Assembly: GCA_038230175.1 (NCBI GenBank)
Contig: JBBRNS010000001.1
Coordinates: 1-63,240, forward strand
Reading direction: 5' to 3'
Source: Burkholderiales bacterium
GTDB lineage: Bacteria > Pseudomonadota > Gammaproteobacteria > Burkholderiales > Burkholderiaceae_C
Length of the DNA stretch: 63,240 bases
Made by a program: the position numbers and the translations under genes. The notes under the pieces were generated by a model. It made no database searches and was not told the origin of the DNA. It was given only the letters and a program-made list of their open reading frames with translations. This document shows positions 28,796 to 38,617 of this stretch, piece after piece. Position 1 is the first letter of the stretch. Every line of letters begins with the position of its first letter.

Positions 28796-29823
28796 GTTTT
28801 CATTCCTTCACGCTTACGCAACTGCATCAGCAAAATCTTGGACAGCAACAAAATGACAAACGTAATAAAAAACAGCACCAACCCCAAGTACATTAGCGCG
28901 GCTTGGTGCAGGCCTTCGCCTGCTTCGGCGAACTCGTTGGCCAAGGCTGAGGTAATGCTGTTGGCCGCCTGAAACAGGCTCAGCGAATCAAGTTGGTTGA
29001 AGTTGCCAATCACAAAGGTTACCGCCATGGTTTCACCAATCGCGCGGCCTAGGCCCAGCATGATGCCGCCAATCACGCCCGACTTGGTGTAAGGCAGCAC
29101 CACTTTGTAGACCACCTCCCAGGTGGTAGAACCCAGCCCGTAAGCCGATTCTTTCAGCAACGCGGGGGTCACCTCAAACACGTCGCGCATCACCGCCGCA
29201 ATAAACGGGATGATCATGATCGCCAAAATAATCCCCGCCGACAAAATGCCGATACCAACCGGCGGACCGGACACAAATGCGCCAAGGTAGGGAATGCCCG
29301 AGAAGGCCTTTTGCAGCGGTATCTGCACATATTCCGCCAAGACGGGGCCAAACACCAACAAACCCCACATACCATACACAATGGACGGCACAGCGGCCAA
29401 GAGCTCAATGGCAGTGCCCAGTGGTCGCTTCAACCACGCAGGGGACAACTCGGTTAAGAACAAGGCAATACCAAAACTCACCGGCACCGCAATCAGCAGC
29501 GCGATCAATGAGGTTGCCAAGGTGCCGTAAATCATGACAAGGCCACCAAACTCTTCGGCGACCGGGTCCCAGGTGGTGCTGGTCAAAAAACCAAAACCGT
29601 ATTTTGTAATGGCGGGCCATGCACTGATGGTCAAAGACGCCAAAATGGCCAGCAACAGGCCCAATGTAATAAGTGCGGCACCCCGTGCCACCCAACCAAA
29701 CAAACGATCTGCAAAGGGCCCTGAACGGGCCTTCTTTTTCGGAGCAGGCTGGGTCATATCATGGGCTGCTAGCTTCGAAGAGAAGCCGGTAGAAGAGTTT
29801 GGATGCACAAGTGTAGATGACAT
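28792..29823 (-). CDS. pstC: Phosphate ABC permease
   Basis: [19 protein letters not shown]. Confidence 0.96.
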   Translation of the reverse strand: MSSTLVHPNSSTGFSSKLAAHDMTQPAPKKKARSGPFADRLFGWVARGAALITLGLLLAILASLTISAWPAITKYGFGFLTSTTWDPVAEEFGGLVMIYGTLATSLIALLIAVPVSFGIALFLTELSPAWLKRPLGTAIELLAAVPSIVYGMWGLLVFGPVLAEYVQIPLQKAFSGIPYLGAFVSGPPVGIGILSAGIILAIMIIPFIAAVMRDVFEVTPALLKESAYGLGSTTWEVVYKVVLPYTKSGVIGGIMLGLGRAIGETMAVTFVIGNFNQLDSLSLFQAANSITSALANEFAEAGEGLHQAALMYLGLVLFFITFVILLLSKILLMQLRKREGMKT

Positions 29824-29861
29824 CTTAGGCTAAGCGACCGGCTTCCTGTTTAGGGTTTAAC

Positions 29862-30905
29862 TTACTTGAATGCCACTGGTTTACCGGCGGTATCCTTGAT
29901 TTCACCCCAAGATTTCTCGATGGCAGCAATCACGTTCTTGGGCATAGGCACATAGTCCAGGTCAGCAGCCGTCTTGTCGCCGTTTTTGTAGGCCCAACCG
30001 AAGAATTTGAGCACTTCCGTTGCGTTCGCAGGCTTATCTTGCGTCAGGTGCATCAAAATAAAGGTCGCGCCAGAAATAGGCCACGCTTCCTTACCAGACT
30101 GGTTGGTCAAGATTTGGTAGAACGACTTGTTCCAATCAGCACCCGCTGCAGCGGCCTTGAACGAATCGTCTTCTGGCTTAACAAAGTTGCCTGCAGCGTT
30201 TTGCACCACCGCAAAATTCATTTTGTTTTGCTTGACGTAGGAATACTCAACGTAACCAATTGAGTTAGGCAGACGCCCGACAAACGCGGCAACACCTTCA
30301 TTGCCCTTGCCGCCTGCACCGACTGGCCAATTCACCGCAGTACCCTCGCCCACTTTGCTCTTCCACTCCGGGCTAACTTTGCTGAGGTAGTTGGTGAAGA
30401 TAAACGTGGTGCCAGAGCCGTCTGCGCGGCGCACTTGGGCGATGTCCGCATCCGGCAACACCAGTGTCGGGTTGAGTGCCTTGATGGCTGGGTCATTCCA
30501 ACGCGTTACCTTGCCCAAATAGATGTCGCCAAGCAAGGGGCCGGTCAATTTCAATTGGCCAGGCTCAATGCCTTTGATGTTGATCACCGGCACCACACCA
30601 CCCATCACCGTGGGGAACTGCATTTGACCTTTTGACTTCAGCACCTCGTCGGTCTGGGGCATGTCGGACGCGCCGAAATCAACCGTCTTGGAGTCAATTT
30701 GTTTGATGCCGCCGCCAGAACCAATAGACTGGTAGTTGACTTTAACGCCGGTGGCCTTGTTGTAATCAGACGCCCATTTGGCATAAATTGGCGCTGGAAA
30801 GGAAGCGCCTGCACCGGTAATTTCTTGTGCCTGAACACCACTTGCGAAACCCATGGAGGCCGCAATGGCCAGAGAAACAAGAGGAAGCTTGAAGGTAATT
30901 TGCAT
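29862..30905 (-). CDS. pstS: Phosphate-binding protein
   Basis: GAGASFP, GSGGG, RADGSGT; start at MQITFK with signal peptide. Confidence 0.96.
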   Translation of the reverse strand: MQITFKLPLVSLAIAASMGFASGVQAQEITGAGASFPAPIYAKWASDYNKATGVKVNYQSIGSGGGIKQIDSKTVDFGASDMPQTDEVLKSKGQMQFPTVMGGVVPVINIKGIEPGQLKLTGPLLGDIYLGKVTRWNDPAIKALNPTLVLPDADIAQVRRADGSGTTFIFTNYLSKVSPEWKSKVGEGTAVNWPVGAGGKGNEGVAAFVGRLPNSIGYVEYSYVKQNKMNFAVVQNAAGNFVKPEDDSFKAAAAGADWNKSFYQILTNQSGKEAWPISGATFILMHLTQDKPANATEVLKFFGWAYKNGDKTAADLDYVPMPKNVIAAIEKSWGEIKDTAGKPVAFK

Positions 30906-30940
30906 AGAGACCCTTTCTTGAGTAGTAAACCGACCACTGA

Positions 30941-30975
30941 ACTTTATGAAATATATATGACAAGAATATGACACA
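30941..30975 (-). promoter_or_regulatory. Pho box promoter of pstS
   Basis: GTGTCAT-ATTC-TTGTCAT, 10 nt, then TAAAGT (-10); 11-bp period. Confidence 0.85.
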
Positions 30976-31030
30976 AAGCGGGGTATTCTCACGCTTTCGC
31001 AAAAAGGCATTCGTCTTTACATCGCCGCTT

Positions 31031-31050
31031 GTGTGACAAAGTGTTGACAC
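31031..31050 (-). promoter_or_regulatory. Second upstream Pho box
   Basis: GTGTCAA-CACT-TTGTCAC, 11-bp period. Confidence 0.65.
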
Positions 31051-31104
31051 GCTGCGCTGTTAAGCTCCGGCACTTACCACATTCACAAGCACATAATTAA
31101 ACCA

Positions 31105-32601
31105 ATGCACATGGGAACTCGCCTGGCCGCCGTCGACTTGGGGTCCAACAGTTTTCGCCTTGAAATTGGGCGGGTGGAACACGGTGCGTTTCAGCGTACC
31201 GAATACCTCAAAGAAACCGTCCGCCAAGGTGGTGGTCTGGACGACGAGCGCAAACTCAGCCAAGAGGCCATGCAGAACGGGTGGGACTGCTTAGCCCGTT
31301 TTGGCGAGCGGTTGGCGGGTTTCAAACCCACCGAAGTGCGCGCTGTTGCCACCCAAACCCTGCGCGAGGCCCGCAACCGGGATGTCTTTTTGGAGCAGGC
31401 TAACAAAATTTTGGGCTTTCCCATCAACGTGGTGTCCGGGCGCGAAGAAGCGCGTTTGATTTACCAAGGCGTGGCACACATGCTGCCGCAGTCTGACGAG
31501 CGCCGCCTGGTCATCGACGTAGGCGGCCGCTCAACCGAGCTTATCTTGGGGCAAGGCCTGGTGCCACAGGTCATGGAGTCGTTCGAGGTGGGCAGCATTG
31601 CCTGGTCCAAGCGCTACTTTGCCGATGGCCTATTTACAAAAAAAGCCTTCGCCATGGCCGAAGTAGCGGCCAAAGCGGTGCTGGACGAGGCGCTGGAGGC
31701 CTATCGCCCCGACCGCTGGGACCTGGCCTACGGCTCGGCCGGCACCGTCAGCGCCATTGGTGACGTGCTGGTGGCCGCCGGTTGGCCGACGGGTGAACTA
31801 AGCCAAGACGGTCTAGACTGGTTATTGCAAAAACTGCTGGCCGCGCAAAGTGTCGACCGCCTCAAATTGGCGGGTATGCGTGAAGACCGAAAGGCCATCA
31901 TTGGTGGCGGGGTTAGCGTTATGCGTGCCCTGTTTAGCCTGCTGTCTATTACGACCCTGCAACAGGCCGCTGGCGGCCTGCGCCATGGCTTGATCTGCGA
32001 CTTGCTGGGCGCCAGCAACACTAACGACGACTTGCGCGAAAGATCGGTGCAACGCTTGGTTAAAAAGTTTGGCGCAGACCCGCTGCACGGCGAGCGCGTC
32101 GGCACCGTGGCCATACACCTGTTTGGCCAACTGGTCGACATAACCCAGGACGAAACCCAAGGCCGCCTGCGCGAACTCAAATGGGCAGCCAAACTGCACG
32201 AGATTGGCAGCCACATCTCCCACAGCGACTACCACAAGCACGGCGCCTACATTCTGGATAACGCTGACGCCATGGGCTTTTCGCTGTCAGAAATGCACTG
32301 CCTGGGTTTACTGGTTCTGGGGCAACGGGGCAAACTTCGCAAAATTGAAGGCCACTTGTTGGACGAATTCTTCAGCCTTCAGCTGATGTGCCTGCGCTTG
32401 GCCATCATTTTGTGCCACGCCCGCGGCGAGCCCGACCTAAGCGGCATGCAGTTTCAGCGCACCGCAAAAGACCTTCGGTGCGTCGAGCTGCGTTGCCGCC
32501 AGGGCTGGGCGGAAGCGTTTCCGCAATCGGCCCACTTGCTACGGGAAGAATCTATTGCATGGCAAAAAACGCCCTGGACGCTGGCGGTTCTGGTAGCTTG
32601 A
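31105..32601 (+). CDS. ppx: Exopolyphosphatase Ppx/GppA
   Basis: AAVDLGSNSF, EEARLIY, DVGGRSTE, LHEIG. Confidence 0.93.
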   Translation: MHMGTRLAAVDLGSNSFRLEIGRVEHGAFQRTEYLKETVRQGGGLDDERKLSQEAMQNGWDCLARFGERLAGFKPTEVRAVATQTLREARNRDVFLEQANKILGFPINVVSGREEARLIYQGVAHMLPQSDERRLVIDVGGRSTELILGQGLVPQVMESFEVGSIAWSKRYFADGLFTKKAFAMAEVAAKAVLDEALEAYRPDRWDLAYGSAGTVSAIGDVLVAAGWPTGELSQDGLDWLLQKLLAAQSVDRLKLAGMREDRKAIIGGGVSVMRALFSLLSITTLQQAAGGLRHGLICDLLGASNTNDDLRERSVQRLVKKFGADPLHGERVGTVAIHLFGQLVDITQDETQGRLRELKWAAKLHEIGSHISHSDYHKHGAYILDNADAMGFSLSEMHCLGLLVLGQRGKLRKIEGHLLDEFFSLQLMCLRLAIILCHARGEPDLSGMQFQRTAKDLRCVELRCRQGWAEAFPQSAHLLREESIAWQKTPWTLAVLVA

Positions 32602-32668
32602 ACGGCGTTGTTTCACCTGCCCGCTGCGGCCCACTCGCCTTTGCAGTGCATGGGAACCCGGGGGAAAT

Positions 32669-32731
32669 CGCTATAAAAATGAGAGCTGCTTGCGCACATT
32701 CCATGAGGGCTAGCGGCCAATTTACCTTAAA
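32669..32731 (+). repeat. Dispersed repeat copy E
   Basis: CGCTAT-N7-AGAGC-TGCTTGCGC-ACATTCCA-TGAGGGCTAG-CGGCCAATTT. Confidence 0.9.
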
Positions 32732-32768
32732 TTATTCGACTACTGCCCACGCAGTAGCACCCAACCGA

Positions 32769-33230
32769 CTACAGCAACTCCGGCGATTGCACGGTCACCA
32801 CGACGGTGCTGCCGGCCTCCACTGGGTCGCGTCGGCGAAGCCACCAGACGGCCCCCTTCTTGACAGCGCAATCAGCAGCATTGAGGCCTAGTAATTGGGC
32901 GATGGTTTGTCCCAGCAGTGGCTGGTGCCCCACTATCAGAACGCAGCCCTTGGGTTTGGACCACTGCGCCAAGGCCAGCAGGTCGTCCACAGTGCCGTTT
33001 GGCGCCAGGCCAGGATGGCACTTGTACTTGCGCCCGAGGGCTAAGGCGGTTTGTTCGGTTCGCCGCGCCGGACTTACCCAAATGCGGGTGCTCTCGGGCA
33101 GCTGGCGGTCTAGCCAGGCTGCCATGCGGGTGGCCTGCTTTTCGCCACGGCCAGTCAGCTTCCTGGCCATGTCGTCACCCCCGTCGGGCGCATCCACCGC
33201 CTCTGCATGGCGCCACAGAATCAGGTCCAT
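32769..33230 (-). CDS. sixA: Phosphohistidine phosphatase SixA family
   Basis: LILWRHAEA, SPARRTEQT, VGHQP. Confidence 0.9.
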   Translation of the reverse strand: MDLILWRHAEAVDAPDGGDDMARKLTGRGEKQATRMAAWLDRQLPESTRIWVSPARRTEQTALALGRKYKCHPGLAPNGTVDDLLALAQWSKPKGCVLIVGHQPLLGQTIAQLLGLNAADCAVKKGAVWWLRRRDPVEAGSTVVVTVQSPELL

Positions 33231-33236
33231 AGCCGT

Positions 33237-35351
33237 CTAGTCGCCTTTGCGGCGACTCCCAATGTGCACCGTTTGGGCATAACGCGTCATAAGCGCCTGT
33301 TGGGCACTGTGGCCAACCGTTCCTGCGGCAGGCAAAACCCGTTTATAAATTCCGTCTGCCCCCATGTCCCATGCGTCAACACCATCATACAAATAGGCAA
33401 CCAGGCACTCATCCACAATACGTTGGCGCTGCACGGGGTCTGTCACCGGCCACGCCAGCTCAATGCGTCGTACCATATTGCGGTTCATCCAGTCGGCGCT
33501 GGACAAATACAGTTCTTCTTTGTCGCCCTCGCGGAAATAAAAAATGCGCGAGTGTTCCAAAAACCGCCCGATGACCGAGCGCACCTTGATGTTGTCGGTA
33601 TGGCCAGGAACCTGCGCCGGCAACATGCACGCGCCGCGCACGATCAGGTCAATTTTCACGCCCTGCATGCCCGCATGCATCAGCGCGCGGATGAGCACCT
33701 CATCGGTCAAAGCGTTCATTTTGATGATCAAACGTGCAGTCTTACCCTTACTAGAAGCGATTGCCAATTCGTTAATTTTGACCACCAGCTTGCGGTGCAA
33801 ATAGAACGGAGCCATCCACAACTTGCGCAATTTAGGCAAGCGACTTTGGCTGGCCAGGTGCACAAAGACGTGGTCCATGTCGGCGGTGAGCGCGGCGTCG
33901 GCCGTGATGTGGCTGATGTCGGTGTACAAGCTGGCGGTACGGGGGTTGTAATTGCCGGTTGACAAGTGGCCATAGCGCTTGAGGACCTTACCCTCGCGCC
34001 GAGTAATGAGCATCATCTTGGCGTGGGTCTTGAGGCCCACCACGCCATACACCACCTGGGCCCCAATGGACTCGAGCATTTCGGCCCAATTGATATTGGC
34101 TTCTTCGTCAAAGCGGGCTTTGAGCTCGACCACCACCGTCACTTCTTTACCGTGGCGCACGGCTTCGCGCAGCAGGTCCATCAACTCGGACTCTTCTCCC
34201 GTGCGATAGATGGTTTGTTTGATGGCTAACACATTGGGGTCGTACACCGCTTCACGCAAAAACTCTAGCACCCCGTCAAATTTTTCAAACGGTTGATGGA
34301 TAACAATGTCGTGCTTTTTCAGTTGCTCAAAAACAGACTCTCCCGACGCCATTTGCAACGGAAAAGAGGCCCTATATGTTGAGAAGCACAGTGCTGGTCG
34401 GTCCAGTAAATTAATAAGTTGGGTCAGCCGAACCAAGTTCACTGGGCCATGGACCGGATACAGCGCTTGGGGCGGCAATTTGAACTGCTGAAGCAGCATG
34501 TCCGACAGATAGGGTGAACACCCGGCAGATACTTCCAACCGAACGGCCTGCCCATAATGCCGCTGCTCTAGTCCCTGGCGCAGTGCGACACGCAAACTTT
34601 TGACATCTTCCTCATCCACCGCGAGGTCGGAATTGCGCGTAACCCGGAACTGCGAAAACTGCCCCACACTGCGCCCGGGAAACAGATCCGCCAGATGGGC
34701 CCGAATGACGCTGGACAAAGACACAAACACAGCCCGCTCACCCGACACTTTGGCCGGCATGCGGATCATTCTTGGCAAAACCCGTGGAATTTTGACAATG
34801 GCAATGTCGTTGGCTCGCCCAAAGGCGTCTTTACCACTGAGACGAACAATAAAACACAGCGCCTTGTTGGCCACTTGCGGAAATGGGTGAGACGGGTCCA
34901 AACTCACCGGAATCAGCAGGGGGCGAACCTCGCGCTCAAAATACTGCTTGACCCATTGCCGCTGCGCCGGATTACGCTCGCCGTGTGAAATGACCTTGAT
35001 GCCCGCTTTCTCAAAAGCGGGCATGAGCTTGTCGTTGTACAGGCTGTATTGGGTGTCAACCAGCTTGTGCAGCGCGATGGCCAGACGTTCAAAGGTTCCA
35101 ACGGTGTATTGGCCCTTGCGATCGTGGGACTGAAAGGCAATCAGGTGCGGCGCGGCGCGCACCTCAAAAAATTCGTCCAAATTGGACGACACGATGCACA
35201 AGTAGCGCAGCCGCTCAATCAGAGGTACGTCTTCACGCACCGCCCAATCAAGCACACGCTCATTAAATGCCAGAAGGCTATGGTCGCGGTCCAACAAAGC
35301 AGGCGCGTCCAACGGACGTGGCAACTTCGAGCGGCGAAATAAAGACAACAT
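33237..35351 (-). CDS. ppk1: Polyphosphate kinase 1
   Basis: SNLDEFFEVR, HPFP, ELKARFDEE, LKTHAK, GRFLEHSR. Confidence 0.97.
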   Translation of the reverse strand: MLSLFRRSKLPRPLDAPALLDRDHSLLAFNERVLDWAVREDVPLIERLRYLCIVSSNLDEFFEVRAAPHLIAFQSHDRKGQYTVGTFERLAIALHKLVDTQYSLYNDKLMPAFEKAGIKVISHGERNPAQRQWVKQYFEREVRPLLIPVSLDPSHPFPQVANKALCFIVRLSGKDAFGRANDIAIVKIPRVLPRMIRMPAKVSGERAVFVSLSSVIRAHLADLFPGRSVGQFSQFRVTRNSDLAVDEEDVKSLRVALRQGLEQRHYGQAVRLEVSAGCSPYLSDMLLQQFKLPPQALYPVHGPVNLVRLTQLINLLDRPALCFSTYRASFPLQMASGESVFEQLKKHDIVIHQPFEKFDGVLEFLREAVYDPNVLAIKQTIYRTGEESELMDLLREAVRHGKEVTVVVELKARFDEEANINWAEMLESIGAQVVYGVVGLKTHAKMMLITRREGKVLKRYGHLSTGNYNPRTASLYTDISHITADAALTADMDHVFVHLASQSRLPKLRKLWMAPFYLHRKLVVKINELAIASSKGKTARLIIKMNALTDEVLIRALMHAGMQGVKIDLIVRGACMLPAQVPGHTDNIKVRSVIGRFLEHSRIFYFREGDKEELYLSSADWMNRNMVRRIELAWPVTDPVQRQRIVDECLVAYLYDGVDAWDMGADGIYKRVLPAAGTVGHSAQQALMTRYAQTVHIGSRRKGD

Positions 35352-35368
35352 GCAACATGACCTTCAGA

Positions 35369-35397
35369 ATGACAGAAATGTGAAGTATTTTTGACTA
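35369..35397 (-). promoter_or_regulatory. Probable Pho box upstream of ppk1
   Basis: AGTCAA / CTTCAC / TGTCAT units at 11-bp period (35391, 35380, 35369). Confidence 0.55.
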
Positions 35398-35405
35398 ATT
35401 TGGTT

Positions 35406-36473
35406 TCAATTGTGTGACAGTCTTTCGAGCTTTTTGTAGTATCCCACCGTTGCCGCACGGCGAGCAGGAACCAGGTACTGGGAGAATAGCGCAGTCGCGC
35501 GAACCCAGCTAAACGCACCGGCCCGCACCCTAGCGGCATACCGCGGTATTGCCACTGCGGCGTACCACGCCTTGGACAAGTCTTGGTCCAAAGCACCACC
35601 GGTCGGTGGGTAGCCTAACACTTCAGTGGGTCCATCAACCGGATAGGCGGCAACCGGTGTCCCGCAAGCCATAGCCTCTAGCATGACAAGGCCAAAGGTT
35701 TCTGACCGACTTGGCATAACAAACACATCTGCCGCCGCATACACCTTCGCAAGCTCGGCCCGTGGCAGCACACCGAGCCAGCGCACATACGGAAAACGCG
35801 CACGCAGTGAGGCTTCCAAAGGTCCTACGCCACAGACCACCTTGGTTCCAGGCACATCCATCCGCAAAAAGGCTTCGATGTTCTTCTCATACGACAAGCG
35901 GCCCACGAACAAAGAAACCGGCCGCGCGATCACGCCCAGTGCGGGACACACCTTCGGTTCGCCCTGAAAATCAAACAGCGCCATATCGACACCATGGGTC
36001 CACGTGCGCAGATTTCGAAAGCCGCGGTTTTCAAGCATGCGCAATACGCTGCCTGTGGGCACGAGCACTCCAGACGAATACTTATGAAAATGCCGAAATA
36101 CCGCGTAGCCGAGCCACAGCGGGACTTTCATGGCCGCCTTCAGTATTTCCGGAAAACGGGTATGAAACGCGGTGGTGAATGCCAGCCCTCGCCGCAAGCA
36201 ATAGCGCCGGGTCGCCCAACCCAAAGGGCCCTCAGTTGCGACATGAATGGCATCTGGCGCCATCGCATCCAGCAACTCTGCCAACAACTTGGCTGGGCGC
36301 ACGGCCAAGTTGATCTCGGCGTAACCCGGACAGCGCCGCGTATCAAACAAGCCTGGGTGAATCACCTCAACCGCGTACCCCATTCGCTCCATTTCGGCGA
36401 CTAGCTCCAGCAGCGTCGTCACGACCCCGTTGACCTGCGGGAGCCATGCATCGGTAATCAACGCCAATTTCAT
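35406..36473 (-). CDS. GT4 glycosyltransferase, probable glycolipid synthase
   Basis: TDAWLPQVNGVV, ATEGPLG, FHTRFPE, ETFGLVMLEAMACG; coupled to plcP. Confidence 0.85.
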   Translation of the reverse strand: MKLALITDAWLPQVNGVVTTLLELVAEMERMGYAVEVIHPGLFDTRRCPGYAEINLAVRPAKLLAELLDAMAPDAIHVATEGPLGWATRRYCLRRGLAFTTAFHTRFPEILKAAMKVPLWLGYAVFRHFHKYSSGVLVPTGSVLRMLENRGFRNLRTWTHGVDMALFDFQGEPKVCPALGVIARPVSLFVGRLSYEKNIEAFLRMDVPGTKVVCGVGPLEASLRARFPYVRWLGVLPRAELAKVYAAADVFVMPSRSETFGLVMLEAMACGTPVAAYPVDGPTEVLGYPPTGGALDQDLSKAWYAAVAIPRYAARVRAGAFSWVRATALFSQYLVPARRAATVGYYKKLERLSHN

Positions 36474-37363
36474 ACCACAAGCTCCTTGTGCGCAAGCACC
36501 AAATCGATTGCTGCTTTTGGGCGCTGATTACCGGCAACGGTTTGCGCAGGATTCCAATGCACCAATTCCAAACGACCATCCGTATGCTCGACCAGCGCGG
36601 TACGGCTCTCAACCCAATCACCGTCATTGCAGTACAGGGTGCCGTTAACGTCGCGCATTTCAGCGCGGTGAATATGTCCGCAGACGACACCATCATGCCC
36701 ACGGGATTTGGCTTCGGCGGCCACAGCCACCTCAAAGTCGGTCACGTAATTCAACGCGGATTTCACGGTTTGTTTGAGGTAGGCCGACAAAGACCAATAG
36801 GGCAAACCCAGTCGGGCCCGAAAGCCATTGAGGTAACGGTTAAGTTTCAAGGTGAATTCATACAGGTTGTCACCCAAATAGGCCAGCCATTTCGCGCACT
36901 GAATAACCCCGTCAAAATAGTCCCCGTGCGTGACCCATAGCGAGCGACCATCTGCAGTGGTGTGCACCGCATCTGCCAGGACTTCGATTCCGCCGAACTG
37001 ATGCCCTACAAAGGCGCGCGCAAATTCGTCGTGGTTGCCCGGTATAAAAACCACCTTGCAGCCCTTACGCGCCCGGCGCAACAATTTTTGTACCACATCG
37101 TTATGCGACTGGGGCCAAAACCAACGTCGGCGCAATTGCCAGCCGTCCACAATATCCCCGACCAGATAGAGGTACTCGCTGGGATGGTGCCGCAGAAAGT
37201 CCAGCAACGCATCGGCCTGGCAACCTGCCGTGCCCAGGTGGATGTCAGAAATAAAAACGGCACGGTATGAGCGCGCCGAATGGTCTGAATGGGCCTCTAC
37301 CAAGCCCTCCGCAGTGGTGCCTTGGTAGTTTGCCGAATAAGCATCGAGGTTGGCTCGCATCAC
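36470..37363 (-). CDS. plcP: Calcineurin-like phosphoesterase, PlcP/LpxH2 type (phospholipase C for lipid remodelling)
   Basis: SDIHLG, GDIVDGW, GNHD, HGD, CGHIH, NDGDWVES; Pho context. Confidence 0.75.
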   Translation of the reverse strand: MMRANLDAYSANYQGTTAEGLVEAHSDHSARSYRAVFISDIHLGTAGCQADALLDFLRHHPSEYLYLVGDIVDGWQLRRRWFWPQSHNDVVQKLLRRARKGCKVVFIPGNHDEFARAFVGHQFGGIEVLADAVHTTADGRSLWVTHGDYFDGVIQCAKWLAYLGDNLYEFTLKLNRYLNGFRARLGLPYWSLSAYLKQTVKSALNYVTDFEVAVAAEAKSRGHDGVVCGHIHRAEMRDVNGTLYCNDGDWVESRTALVEHTDGRLELVHWNPAQTVAGNQRPKAAIDLVLAHKELVV

Positions 37364-38199
37364 GCCCCCATAAAGTGTTTGCGGTAGCGCGCAGGCAAGT
37401 CTGCAATGCGCATCATCATCGGCAAATCGGCGGAATTGAAATCAGGGTCCCAGGCCGGTGGACCCAACACTTTTGCGCCCATGCGCAGGTAGCCTTTAAT
37501 CAATGCGGGGGGCTCAACGACTAAGGAGGCGTCCAGCCGTTCAATAGGCAGTGGCAGGCGGGGGCGCACATGGTATTCAATAGACGCCAGGTGTTTAGCC
37601 TGAACCTGTTGCCAAATGCTGGCGGCCACATCACCGCTGATAACACCGTTGTGCAGCATGGGAATGCTGGCGCAACCGATCATGGTGTCGAGCTGGTTGC
37701 GGGTCATAAACTCCGCCAAGGCGCTCCAAAGCGCCATGATGACGCCGCCATTGCGGTAGTCCTTGTGCACACAGCTTCGGCCCAACTCCACCATGCGGTC
37801 GCGCAGGGTGCGCAGGCGGGTCAGGTCAAACTCAGTATCACTATAGGTGCCGCCAACCCGTTTGGCCTGCACGGGCGTGAGCACCCGGTAGGTGCCAATC
37901 ACTTCCTGGCTGGTGGCGTCCCGTACCAGCAAATGCTCACAATAGTTGTCGAAAAGGTCCACATCGTGGTCTGGCACCGTGGTACTGAGGCGGGCACCCA
38001 TTTCTTCGGCAAAAACCTGGAAGCGCAAGCGCTGTGCAGCACGTACTTCAGACAAGTTGCTTGCCCATGAAACTTCAATTTTTCGTGCAGGCTCTGGAAC
38101 AAATCCATTGGATTGCAGCGGCGCAGCGCCTATGTGGCATCCAATGGGAGACGGTGTGGGCGCGATGGCCCTGTCATTCATTTGAAGTGGTTGAAACAT
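37360..38199 (-). CDS. olsB: GNAT N-acyltransferase, OlsB-like (ornithine lipid synthesis)
   Basis: LRFQVFAEE, DLFDNYCEHLLV, GTYR, ELGRSCVH, PALIKGYLRMGA. Confidence 0.8.
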   Translation of the reverse strand: MFQPLQMNDRAIAPTPSPIGCHIGAAPLQSNGFVPEPARKIEVSWASNLSEVRAAQRLRFQVFAEEMGARLSTTVPDHDVDLFDNYCEHLLVRDATSQEVIGTYRVLTPVQAKRVGGTYSDTEFDLTRLRTLRDRMVELGRSCVHKDYRNGGVIMALWSALAEFMTRNQLDTMIGCASIPMLHNGVISGDVAASIWQQVQAKHLASIEYHVRPRLPLPIERLDASLVVEPPALIKGYLRMGAKVLGPPAWDPDFNSADLPMMMRIADLPARYRKHFMGA

Positions 38200-38201
38200 A
38201 G

Positions 38202-38432
38202 TTACACCCCATGGCCTAATGCCAGAGTAAAAGCCTGGTGGCGCTCGGTGAGTGCATCTAGCCATGGCCGCGTGCCGGCCTTAAAGCGCAGCCCACCTGG
38301 GCTGTTCGCGAGTGCGACGGCGGTACAGCGCAAGATGCGTAAACACTGCCGCTCAACGTCATGCAGCATGCGGCCTTTTGAGCCAGCTGCCGGATTTTTT
38401 TTCGATTCGTTGCTTGTCAATTGCATTGCCAT
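38202..38432 (-). CDS. Hypothetical 76-aa protein leading the olsB operon
   Basis: GGGAG RBS; stop 2 nt before olsB ATG; follows Pho boxes. Confidence 0.5.
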   Translation of the reverse strand: MAMQLTSNESKKNPAAGSKGRMLHDVERQCLRILRCTAVALANSPGGLRFKAGTRPWLDALTERHQAFTLALGHGV

Positions 38433-38478
38433 TTCGATCTCCCAGTTTTTGGAAACAGGGGAAGTTTGATAGGCACAA

Positions 38479-38580
38479 ATGACACGATCACGTCATTTCA
38501 ATGGCAGTTTCGTGACATACGGAAATCAAGTGGTGCCAACGCAACCTGTCATCAAGTCGTCGTAATACCACGCAAGAATG
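38479..38580. promoter_or_regulatory. Divergent Pho boxes (olsB operon / pyruvate kinase)
   Basis: Minus: TGTCAC, TGCCAT, TGACGT, TGTCAT at 11-bp period (38512-38479). Plus: CTGTCAT-CAAG-TCGTCGT, 10 nt, AAGAAT. Confidence 0.65.
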
Positions 38581-38617
38581 GATAACGTCACACACCAAGC
38601 CGACTGCCACATTTGAT

